64,000 nucleotides of DNA from NCBI RefSeq assembly GCF_036365525.1, contig NC_090404.1:5642001-5706000 (forward strand), given 5' to 3'. The stretch's first letter is position 1; each line of letters begins with the position of its first letter. This document shows positions 1-11,100 of this stretch, one piece after another. The translations under genes were made by a program, and so were the position numbers. The notes below the pieces were generated by a model. It worked only from the letters and a program-made list of their open reading frames with translations. It did no database searches and had not been told where the DNA came from. The DNA is from Heterodontus francisci (lineage: Eukaryota).

Positions 1-660
1 GAGGTCTCTGATCCTCAGCGCCCCACCCAGAATAAGAGGCAGAGGTGCCCTTCCTCTGAAGGGGGCCATAAGTTGTGGGGTCCGTCTCCTGCCGCAGGTC
101 CATGGGCCCGCCCCCCCCACCACCATTGGGGCCTCGAGCGCTAAGCGGCTGCCCCCTGCCCCTCAGGGTAGAGTGGGGAGAGAAGCCCCTGTTAATTTAG
201 CAACTCCTGATGAGGGGGCAGATAGACCCCCTGTGTTGGGGGAGCCTGTGGACCCCACAGAGGAAATCCCTCTTTCAGCTGATGGGTCGGATGACCTGGG
301 TGGGGGCAAGACCTGTGAGGGTCAACTCTCCCAGCAGCCTGATGCTGGCGCCCAGGATATACCCTACCAGAGGCCAATTTGGAGAGTGCCCCGTCTGCTA
401 TGACTCTGGGCACTGGCGGGGCAGAAAATGGCCTCTCCGCCTCTGGTCCCGGCCCTGACTGGATTTTCAGAGTCAGGAACAACCGTCTCCCCTAGGCCGC
501 TCACTAGCCCTGAGGTGGAGGGGGGTTCCTGAACCGCTGGTACCCATAGGCACAAGTTCCCTAGAAGAACCCAGAGAGGACACCTCTGCTATTGATCCTA
601 TTTACAAGCTGGTGGAGGATCTATGGGTTCCCTTTTAGGCTGACTGCCATTCTATTTTCC
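1..660 (+). mobile_element. GC-rich degenerate fragment, possibly Tx1/L1-type non-LTR ORF1 C-terminal region
   Basis: Broken Pro/Gly/acidic frames (EVSDPQRPTQNKRQRCPSSE..., ...PDEGADRPPVLGEPVDP). Absent at the equivalent intron position of the paralogous unit (upstream of 28339). Family call is weak. Confidence 0.25.
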
Positions 661-918
661 ACCACAGGCGATTTACAGCTTTGGGGGAACGAGAGAGGAA
701 AATATGTTCCATAGAAACTAGAATTGTCTGTTCTGAATTTCTATCCTGTACTTACAATGATGACTTATAAAAACCTTTTACAGGGTATTAGAAGGGGAGG
801 ATTTGCAGACAGGAAACTCAAACCAAAGATCAGTGGTGAGAAACCGTTCACGTGTTCTCTGTGTGGCTGAGACTTCAACTGATCATCCAACCTGGAGACA
901 CACAAGGACGTCCACACC

Positions 919-1845
919 ACGGAGAAACCGTGGAAATGTGGGGACTGTGGGAAGGGATTCAGTTACCCGTCTGAGCTGGAAATTCATCGACGCACTCACA
1001 CAGGGGAGAGGCCATTCACCTGCTCCGTGTGTGGGAAGGGATTCATTGATTCATCTCACCTGCGGGCACACCAGCGAGTTCACACTGGGGAGAGACCATT
1101 CTCCTGCTACGTCTGTGGGCAGGGATTTAAACGATTGTCCAACCTTCTGACACACCAGCGAGTTCACACTGGGGAGAGGCCATTCACTTGCTCCGTGTGT
1201 GACAAGGGATTCATTGATTCATCCAACCTTCTGACACACCAGCGAGTTCACACTGGGGAGAGACCGTTCACCTGCTCCGTGTGTGAGAAGGGATTCATTG
1301 ACTCATCCAACCTGCGGTCACACCAGCGAGTTCACACTGGGGAGAGACCGTTTACCTGCTCTGTTTGTGGGCAGGGATTTAAGCGATCATCCAACCTTCT
1401 GACACACCAGCAAGTTCACACTGGGGAGAGACCGTTTACCTGCTCTGTCTGTGGGCAGGGATTTAAGCGATTGTCCAATCTTCTGACACACCAGCAAGTC
1501 CACACCGGGGAGAGGCCATTCACCTGCTCCGTGTGTGAGAAGGGATTCATGGATTCATCCCTCCTACTGAGACACCAGCGCATTCACACCGGGGAGAGGC
1601 CGTTCACCTGCTCCATTTGTGGGCAGGGATTTAATCAATCATCCAACCTTCTGACACACCAGCGAATTCACACAGGGGAGAGACCTTTCACCTGCTCCAT
1701 GTGTGGGAAGGGATTTAATCAGTCATCCAACCTTCTGACACACCAGCGAGTTCACAGCGGGGAGAGGCCGTTCACCTGCTCTGTGTGTGGAAAGGGATTC
1801 ACACGATCATCCCACCTGCTGAGACATCAGCGAGCTCACAAGTGA
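919..1845 (+). CDS. C2H2 zinc-finger protein ZNF-A1, 11 tandem fingers, start uncertain (ACG in Kozak context)
   Basis: Open frame 919-1845 = 308 aa = 11x28 with HTGERP linkers, ending HQRAHK*. Exon acceptor ttttacag|g at 783/784. In-frame TGAs at 868 and 880 upstream. First in-frame ATG is only in finger 8. Confidence 0.85.
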   Translation, partial: TEKPWKCGDCGKGFSYPSELEIHRRTHTGERPFTCSVCGKGFIDSSHLRAHQRVHTGERPFSCYVCGQGFKRLSNLLTHQRVHTGERPFTCSVCDKGFIDSSNLLTHQRVHTGERPFTCSVCEKGFIDSSNLRSHQRVHTGERPFTCSVCGQGFKRSSNLLTHQQVHTGERPFTCSVCGQGFKRLSNLLTHQQVHTGERPFTCSVCEKGFMDSSLLLRHQRIHTGERPFTCSICGQGFNQSSNLLTHQRIHTGERPFTCSMCGKGFNQSSNLLTHQRVHSGERPFTCSVCGKGFTRSSHLLRHQRAHK

Positions 1846-2254
1846 CTGCAGGCTTTGGAGTCTGCTGTTATTGTTGCTGTTAATCACATCCAGGATGGAA
1901 CCATGTTCATTCTGATATTTGGGGTTTGTTTCTGTTGATAATTAATTGATCAGCTGGGATCTAGTTGAATGGTGCAGCAAGTTCGATGGATGAAATAGTC
2001 TAATCCAGTTCCTCTGTACTTTCTCCCCAGACTTTCCCCAGCTCACTAACTCTGCTCTAGAGCTGGTTTCCTGTTTCACTGCCTCTTCCCCAGTTCTCCC
2101 ATGACTTTCCATTCATCAGCTGTGTTTGACTCCACATTTATTAGGGACAAGGAAACAGGAGTCAGCCATTTAACCCCTCGAGCCTGTTCTGCCATTCAGT
2201 GAGATCATAGCTGATCTGCAACCTAACTCGGTGTACCCAGATATTTTAATACCA

Positions 2255-3140
2255 TGGAGTTATACAGCACAGAAACAGGCCCTTCGGCCCATCGTGTCTG
2301 TGCTGGCCATCAAACACCTAACTATTCTAATCCCATTTTCCAGCACTTGGCCTGTAGCCTTGTATGCTATGGCGTTTCAAGTCCTCATCTAAATACCTCT
2401 TAAATGTTGTAAGGGTTCCTGCCTCTACGACCTCTTCAGGCAGTGCGTTCCAGATTCCAACCACCCTCTGGGTAAAAAAATGTTTCCTCAAATCCCCTCT
2501 AAACCTCCTGCCCCTTACCTTAAATCTATGCCCCCTGGTTATTGACCCCTCCGCTAAGGGAAAAAGTTTCTTCCTATCTAACCTATCAATGCTCCTCATA
2601 ATTTTATATACCTCAATCATGTCCCCCCTCAGCCTTCTCTGCTCTAAGGAAAACAACCCTAGCCTTTTCAGTCTCTCTTCATAGCTGAAATGCTCCAGCC
2701 CAGGCAACATCCTGGTGAATCTTCTCTGCACCCTCTCCAGTGCAATCACATCCTTTCTATAGTGTGGTGCCCAGAACTGTACACAACTCCATCATAACCT
2801 CCCTGCTCTTATATTCTATGCCTCGGCCAATAAAGGCAAGTGTCCCATATGCCCTCCTAACCACCTTATCTACCTGTGCTGCTTCCTTCAGTGATCTATG
2901 GACACCCAAGGTCCTCTGACCCTCTGTACTTCCTAGGATCCTACCATCCATTGTATATTCCCTTGCCTTGTTAGTCCTTCCAAAATGCATCACCTCACAC
3001 TTCTCAGGATTAAATTCCATTTGCCACTGCTCTACCCATTTTACCAGCCCATCTATATCGTCCTGTAATCTGAGGCTTTCCTCCTCACTTTGCAACACCA
3101 CCAATTTTCTGTCATCTGCGAACTTACTGATCATACCTCC
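2255..3140 (-). mobile_element. CR1 LINE, 5'-truncated
   Basis: RT C-terminal peptides (ISKFADD, LERVQRRFTRMLPG, FFTQRVV). Flanked by atacca. The empty site is visible in the paralog at ~29880. Confidence 0.9.
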
Positions 3141-3444
3141 TATACCAGCTTCCCCAGTCTGTTGAAATGTGATTTTAAAAATAACTGTCATCTACATTGC
3201 ATCTTTAAGGTAGGAAAGTGTCCCAAGGTGCATCTCAGAAGCTTAAACTGACAAATCAGACAAAAATTGAGACTGAGCTAAAGAAGAGGGCTGACTAAAC
3301 GTTTGGTCAAAGACGCAGGTTTTTAGGAAGGTCTTAAAGGAGGAGAGATGTGGACTGGCAGAGAGATATAGGGAGGGAATTCCAGAGCTCAGGGATGATG
3401 ACTGAAGGCACAGCCAATGAGACAGGGAGAGTGAGGGAGGTGTA

Positions 3445-3835
3445 AGACAACTGAGAGGTGATCTGATTGGAATGTGTAAGATTCTGAGGGGCTTGACAGG
3501 GTAGCTACTGAGAGGATGTTTCCCCTCGTGGGGGTTATCTAGAAATACAGGGCAGTGTCAAATTAAGGATCTCCCATTTAAAGAAGGTGATGAGGAATTT
3601 CATCTCTCAGAGGGTCATTAGTGTTTGGAATTCCCTTTCCCAACAAGCTGTGGAGGCTGGGTCATTGAATATATTCAAGGTTGTGTTAGACAGATTTTGG
3701 TTGACAAGCGTATGGGGAGGCGGGCAGGAAAGTGGAGTCAAGGCCATAGTCAAATCAGCCATGAACATGTTGAATGGCAGAGCAGGCACGAGGGGCCAAA
3801 TGGCCTACATTGGCTCCTATTTCTTAAGCTGTTAT
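3445..3835 (+). mobile_element. CR1 LINE 3' fragment
   Basis: RNFISQRVISVWNSL motif and CR1-type tail (ggcagagcaggcacgaggggccaaatggcctac). Confidence 0.75.
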
Positions 3836-4510
3836 GTGACTGAGGTGGAAATAGGCGGTATGAATGATGGCGCTGTTATGCAGTCGGAAGTTCATCTTGG
3901 AGTCAGAAATAACATCAAGGTTATGAGCGGTTTAGTTTAGCTTCAGACAATTGCCAGTGAAAGGGATGGAGACAGTGACTAGGCAGTGGAGTTTGTGGCA
4001 GGGACCGAAAACAATAGCTTCGCTCTTCCCTATGTTCAATTGGAGGAAACGGCTGTTCATCCAGTACTGGATGTCAGACAAGTCAGGACAGTGTGTGACT
4101 TGAAGGGGAACTTGGAGATGATAGTGTTCGCATACACCTGCTGCCTTTGTCCTTCTAGATGGTGGAAATTGAGGGTTTGGTAGGTTCTGTCAATACTCTG
4201 GTCATGTTGTAGATATATAAAATCCCTCTCCTTTGCTCCCTGCCCCTCCCACCTTTCTCTCCCCCTCTCCTCCCATGGTGGGCAGAGTCTTGTGTAGGTC
4301 CAGACTGGGTGGCAGGTTCCCTTCCCTGAAGGACATTAATGAACCAGTTGTTTTTTTTATGACAATCCAGCAGCTTCCATGGTCACTTTTTCCCAGGGCT
4401 GGCCCCATACATTACCCCACAGATTCATTCAGCTCACTTTCACAACCTGCCTTTGTGTTTCTGCGGGTTCTCTCACACTCCATTTTTCATGTTTTAAATC
4501 AATTTCACAG

Positions 4511-5310
4511 GGTATTAGAAGGGGAGGATTTGCAGTTGGGAAACCCAAAACAAACATCACATCATGATCTGATGGAGTCGCCCAATTTATTGTAACCTGA
4601 GTATAATCAGATTGTGAGCATGGAAGGAAAAAGCACCAATCACAAAGGAAACAAACTATACACGTGTTCTGTGTGTGAACGAGGTTTTAGCCGGTCATGT
4701 GGCTTGTTCCAACACAAGCACAGTCACACCGGGGAGGAACCATGTAAATATGGGGGCCGTGGAAAGGGATTCACCTATCCAGTTGAGCTGGAAAGCCATC
4801 CACGCAGTCACAACCCGGAGAGGCTCTTTACCTGCTCTGTGTGTGTAGGAAGGGAGTTACTGGGTCATCCAAACTCCGGAAGCACTGGAGAGTTCACACT
4901 GGGAAGAAACCTTTCAAATATCCCAACTGTGGGAATTGCTATAAACGTTCCGCTCAATTGAAGTCCCAGCACCGTGTTCACACTGACGAGAGACCGTTCA
5001 GATGTTCTCAATGCGGAACTGGATTCAAGTGACCTCACTGTACACCAGCGCATTCACACTGGAGAGAGGCCATTCACCTGCTCCGAGTGTGGGCAGGGAT
5101 TCACTTGGTCATCCCACCTGCTGAGACACCAGCGAATTCAACTGGGGAGAGGATGTACATCTGCTTCTTTTGTGGGAAGGGATTTGCTGTTCATCCACCC
5201 TGCTGGCACACCAGCGCATTCACACTGGGGAGAAACCGTTCATCTGCTTTGTGAGTGTGGGAAGAGATTTGCTCATTCATGCCACCTGCTGACCCATGAG
5301 CAATTTCACA
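4511..5310 (+). pseudogene. C2H2 ZNF pseudogene (ZNF-2), frameshifted fingers
   Basis: Same acceptor and linker (cag|G VLEGEDLQ...) as the other loci. Finger motifs spread across three frames with stops and lost Cys residues. Confidence 0.85.
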
Positions 5311-5454
5311 ATAATGAGAGTGATTGCATTCTGCTGTTAATCACATCCAGGCCTGAAGCATGTTATCACAGTCATGAGAAGTGCAGCAATGAAAATACAG
5401 AAACAAACTCGAGTTGTAAAAATTATAACAATTTCGAAAGACTGGTACATTTGC

Positions 5455-7237
5455 TGTTATGACCAAGGCGGGAGTAATGCACTGTTAATTCCGTCCCACT
5501 ACCCCACAGGTCACAGCATTATCAAGAACGTTTTCCACCTATCAAAGAACAGCCAAATTAGACACTATTTGTCCCACAGAATAAAGCACACCAAACCGGG
5601 TTTCTTTAAACAATAACAACATTAACTATGCATTTAAAATAAAGAATAAGTCTTAACTACAACAAGATAAATCTATATACATGAAAAGATTTTTAAAAAC
5701 TCCTTATTCTTCCTAGCCCTCAAGCACAAATTCAAAAAAAATGGTTAATCGGGGAAAAGGATTTTTAGTTTACAGCTGTTTCTTAGGAATAAAAAGGAAA
5801 ATATAAAATAATTGCGTTTATCACGTTATGGTAGGATGTTTTCAGTATGGTGAGGTGTCCCAGAGTTGAAAAGTCACATGCCACTCTATGTCTCTCCAGG
5901 CAACATTGATAAACAGTCTCTGATGGGTAAGCATTCAAAGCAATTTGTCTGCAGCAGGCATCACACAGGTCTTTCAGCAGGGGTGCAGCAACCAGTCTGC
6001 TCAGAACTCAGCAACAACACAGCAGTAAAAGCTTTCTGCAGGTTCCAGGGTTTCCCAAAATACAGGAGTGGCAGGGACCACACTGGATGCAGGAATTCTT
6101 CAGAGACAGGAGGCAATAGAAATCTGCCACCTTTCAAATGTAGGATTTTTTTTTTTACAGAGAAAGGACATTTCTCTGGTCTCCAGGCGGGTCACAGCCA
6201 GATTTCCAAAATGCCTGCTCCTTGTCCAAATCACTGGTCTTTTCACAATCCAAAAGTGAAACTAAACTTCAACAGTCAAGTCACATGACAATTGTAAGAT
6301 TATTAGGTTACTAAAAGTTACTAACCAGCATACTAATTGTTAAAATCCAGCTATTATAAACTAACTTGTTATCATCAACTAACATTTAGCTTTATTAGAA
6401 CTCTTCTTTGCAGTAAAGGCAGAGGGATTCTGGGAGATTGTGTCACGTTTTAAAATGCTTACTTGCAGCAAAAGTATGAGACCTTGAGAGAAGACAATGA
6501 AAGCATCTTCTGTGTAGATTTGCCTTGTAATGAGATAAGGAACCTGGAAATGTAAAAGCATTGAGATAAAGTAGTCAACACAAAGGGGTACTACTGGTTG
6601 AGCAAATCTGAAGGTTGCTAACCATCACAAAACGATCCTTGGTTGATTAAGAAAGGCAAACTTTAATACAAGACTAATCACGAATTGGGAGAGGGGAGGG
6701 TTAACTGGAAAGCTGTCAGGATAAAATAAGTCTTGTCCTTGCTACTGTACGGCAGAGAATTTTGAACAAGAGAGAGAGAGACTGAAAACTTGAAGACCAC
6801 AAGCTGCAAGAGAAAGTTGTGTGTTCTGCCATCCAGTCTCTAATATGGATAGTATCTGTGTTACACTGTTATTTACTGCCTGAGTTTGTGACTATGGTTT
6901 ATCTGAAAACTTAACAAACTTGTCCTTACATTTATCTCAATAAAGTCGATTCACAAGCTGTTGTGCTGCCATGTCTGTTCCCACCTTAGAAGGGGGTATA
7001 AAACACCCCCATCTTATCAAATCTTACATCTTGTGACTAATCTTACACAATCATAAATCTTGACCTGTCATTCCCTTGCTGAGTTGTTTGGAAGCAGCTG
7101 CCTTGCAAACTGTATTTCACTCAGTTCAAACCCACTAAGTTTCAGCAATCAATGTCTACAGAAAAATTATTTCTTCAGCTTTTAAAAGACCCCACAAAAT
7201 TCTTAGTTTTCAATACCAAAACAACACTCTTGTCACA
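5455..7237 (-). repeat. 3' LTR of the Gmr1-like element (split by a solo LTR)
   Basis: Begins tgttatgaccaaggcgggagtaatgcac, like 17773. Right end ...caacactcttgtcaca matches ...caacttttgtgaca at 19270. Confidence 0.7.
6293..7047 (+). mobile_element. Solo LTR (ERV- or Gypsy-type)
   Basis: TG...CA ends with a 10-bp inverted repeat (tgtaagatta/taatcttaca), 4-bp TSD caat (6289-6292, 7048-7051), AATAAA at ~6939. Confidence 0.8.
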
Positions 7238-7885
7238 CATCTGCTCTTGGCGAAATGAAATGGCATTCTTGAATGTGTTTCATTACAATGTAAAAACAGA
7301 AGTTGAAAACTTGGAAAGCATATTTTCGCACACATGCCCCTCATTTACTCTACTGGTAGTTAAAGCAACTTTGCTTTGTACCATTGTTACTCGTAACTCA
7401 ACAAAGTTAAATTTGTGACAAAGTATTTGCGATGACACTTTTTTCCTGAAATGTGTACAATCTTCAAGAATCAGCCAATTGCAACTTTCCAAACATAGTC
7501 TCCCAGTTGTTTCATGTGTTCCTTCCAAGTGTCCCTATAGACCAGCCCTAGGCAAGGTGAACTGCATAGTTAGGAACACTGACCATGACTGGGTTCACTA
7601 GTCTCTGAGAAGTTTTTTGAGTATCCATTAACCTGTGTGGTATCACTTGACACTGCTAAACCCCATCCAGTGGGATAAAAGCTGATTCTTTCTTAGCTTA
7701 GATGTTAAAGGAATTTGCCAGTATCCCTTTAACAAATCTAACTTTCAAAGAAATATGGCACTACCCCTATGTCAATACAATCTTCCATGCGAGGAATTGG
7801 GTAGGAGTCTGCCTTCGTTACGGCATTGACTTTGCTGTAATCTATGCAGTCAGTTGACCCATCAGATTTAGGCACTAATACTTGT

Positions 7886-8078
7886 GGTTGATAGGTAAAT
7901 TGTCCATTAGCAATTGCCCCTAGTATAGGTAGGTGGTAGGGAAATATAGGGACAGGTGGGGATGTGGTAGGAATATGGAGTTAGTGTAGGATTAGTATAA
8001 ATGGGTGGTCGATGGTCGGCACAGACTCGGTGGGCCGAAGGGCCTGTTTCAGTGCTGTTTCTCTAAACTAAACTAAAC
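7886..8078 (+). mobile_element. HE1/V-SINE, 5'-truncated, inserted in Gypsy RT
   Basis: Matches the 3' half of the full copies, with (ctaaa)n tail. Confidence 0.85.
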
Positions 8079-8133
8079 TCCGACTGTATTGGCTGGGTTC
8101 AATTAAGCTGTTCTCCAGCATGTATTGGATTTC

Positions 8134-11100
8134 ACCTACCTTAGACCAGAGCGGCGGCAGTCGGTGGCGGACCTGGAAGGAGGCGGATCTGGAGCGGGAC
8201 CTGGAGAAATAAAGAGCAGGGCTCGAGGCCCTTGCCTACCTTAGACCAGAGTGGCGGCGGGCTCTCTATCTGTGTCAGTGGGCGCTGGGTTTGAAAAGAG
8301 GAAATAAAACTACCAATGACAACACGGGAAATCTGTAAGCTGATTCCCTGTTCCCTGGAGACAACAAAAGAAGCTGATTGGCAAGTAACTGGTAAGTTAT
8401 TCCACTTCTTACATTAGCTAGCTTGTAAAGCTAAGGAATGGCAGGGCTGCTCGGCCAAGCAGAATGTGCCTCCTGTGGCATGTGGGAAGTCGTGGACATA
8501 CCATGTGTTCTTGACGAACACATCTGCAGGAAGTGTCACTGGCTGCAGAAGCTTGAGCTCCAGGTTTTGGAACTCGAGCGGCGGCTGGATTTACTGCCGC
8601 ATCCGCGAGGCAGAGAATTACATGGATAGGCCGTTTCAGGAGGTAGTCACCCTGGATCTTAAGAGAGCAATGGCAGAGAGGGAATGGGTGGCTGCCAGAC
8701 AGATAAGAAGGTCAAGGCAGGTAGTGCAGGAGTGCCCAGAGGGCATCCCACTTTCTAACCGGTATTCAGTTCTGAGTACTGATGGGAGAGAGGATTCCTC
8801 TGGAGAGTGCAGTGAGAGTCATGACCAGAGTGCAGCGAGAGGTAGTTCAGCTGTGCAGGGAGGGAGGAGAAAGGCCAAGAGAGCAATAGTGATAGGGGAG
8901 TCTAAAGTTAGGCGAACAGACGTCATTCCAGGATAGTATATTGCCTCCCTAGTGCAAGGGGCATGGATATCACGAGTGGCTACAGGACCTTCTGGAGGGC
9001 AAGGATGCACAGCCAGAGGTCATGGTCCACATTGATACCAATGATATAGGAAGAAAGAGGGATGTGGTCCTGCAGGCTGAGTTTAGGGAGTTAGGAACGA
9101 GATTAGCAAGCAGGACCTCAAAGATAGTAATCTATGGATTACTCCCAAGGCCATATGCTAGTGAGTATAGAAATAGGAAAATACACCAGATGAATGTGTG
9201 GCTGGAGGGATGGTGCAGGAGGGAGGGCTTCAGATTTCTGGGGCATTGGGACCGGTTCTGGGAAAGATGGAACCTGTATAAGTTGAACGGTCTGCACCTG
9301 AACAGGACTGGGACTAATATCCTTGCAGGAAGGTTTGCTAGTGCTGTTAGGGATGGTTTAAACTAGCTTCACAGGTGGATGGGAGCCTGAACGCAGTCTT
9401 AGATAGGAAAATTTCAGGGCAGGGAACAGGAGGCAGAAAATTAATGAGTGACTCTGAAAGACAGAAGAAGCAAAGGTTAAAAAGTGTGCAGCAGAGGAAT
9501 TTGGCAGGGTTAGAGTATTTATTTAAATGCAAGGAGGACAGTAAATAAAGCCGATGAGCTAAGGGCACAGATAGACACATGGCAACATGATATTGTTGCT
9601 ATAATGGAAACTTGGCTTAAGGAAGGGCAAGAATGGCAACTCAACATCCCTGGTGCGGGATAGAGAGGGAGATAAAAAAGGAGGTGTAGCATTATTACTT
9701 AAGGAATCAATAACAGCTTTGAGGAGGGATGATATGCTAAATGAATCATCAAATGAAGCCATGTGGGTGGAGCTCAGAAATAAAAAAGGGGCAGCCACAC
9801 TATTAGGAGTGTACTATAGACCCCCAAATAGTGAGAGGGAGGTCGAAGAACAAATATGTAGGCAGATTTCTGAGTGTAAAACCTATAGGGCAATAATAGT
9901 TGGGGATTTCAACTACCCCAATATCAACTGGGAAACAAACAGTGTGAAGGGCAAAAATGGGACAAAATTCTTGAACTACGAACAAGAGAACTTTTTAACC
10001 AGCACGCAACAAGCCCAATGAGAGAGGGTGCAATTCTATATTTAGTCTTCAGTAATGAAGTTGGGCAAGTGGTAACAGTGGGTCACCATTTTGGAGATAG
10101 TGATCATAATACAATTAGTTTTAGCATAATCATGGATGAGCTGGACATACAGCCAACAAAATCGGAACTCAGTGATGCCATTGATTCTCTAGCCAGCGGA
10201 AAAGCCCCTGGGAAGGACAGCATTACCCCTGAAATAATCAAGAGTGCCAAGCCTGCTATACTCTCAGCACTACATGAACTGCTATGCCTGTGCTGGGACG
10301 AGGGAGCAGTACCTCAGGACATGCGCGATGTCAATATCATCACCCTCTATAAAAACAAAGGTGACCGCGGTGACTGCAACAAACTACCATGGAATCTCCC
10401 TGCTCAGCATAGTGGGGAAAGTCTTTGCTCGAGTCGCTCTAAACAGGCTCCAGAAGCTGGCCGAGCGCGTCTACCCTGAGGCACAGTGTGGCTTTCATGC
10501 AGAGAGATCGACCGTTGACATGCTGTTCTCCCTTTGTCAGATACAGGAGAAATGCCGTAAACAACAGATGTCCCTCTACATTGCTTTCATTGATCTCACC
10601 AAAGCCTTTGACCTTGTCAGCAGATGTGGTCTCTTCAGACTACTAGAAAAGATTGGATGTCCACCAAAGCTACTAAGTATCATCACCTCATTCCATGACA
10701 ATATGAAAGGCACAATTCAACATGGTGACTCCTCATCAGACCCCTTTCCTATCCTGAGTGGTGTGAAACAGGGCTGTGTTCTCGCACCCACACTTTTTGG
10801 GATTTTCTTCTCACTGCTGCTTTCACATGCGTTCAAGTCTTCTGAAGAAGGAATTTTCCTCCACACAAGATCAGGGGGCAGGTTGTTCAACCTTGCCCGT
10901 CTAAGAGCGAAGTCCAAAGTACGGAAAGTCCTCATCAGGGAACTCCTCTTTGCTGACGATGCTGCTCTAACATCTCACACTGAAGAGTGCCTGCAGAGTC
11001 TCATCAACAGGTTTGCGGCTGCCTGCAATGAATTTGGCCTAACCATCAGCCTCAAGAAAACGAACATCATGGGGCAGGACGTCAGAAATGCTCCATCCAT

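Noticed and set aside
386-430. CPVCYDSGHW zinc-knuckle-like peptide
   Set aside because: Lacks the fourth Cys and sits in a short frame with no other support.
868-882. Conserved TGAs as selenocysteine or programmed readthrough
   Set aside because: They occupy Arg (CGA) positions, lack a TGA-CTAG context, and the upstream region has frameshifts, including one between the two TGAs in ZNF-B2.
919-1845. 84-bp periodic repeats resembling a CRISPR array
   Set aside because: They are C2H2 finger coding units in vertebrate DNA, with no repeat-spacer structure or cas genes.
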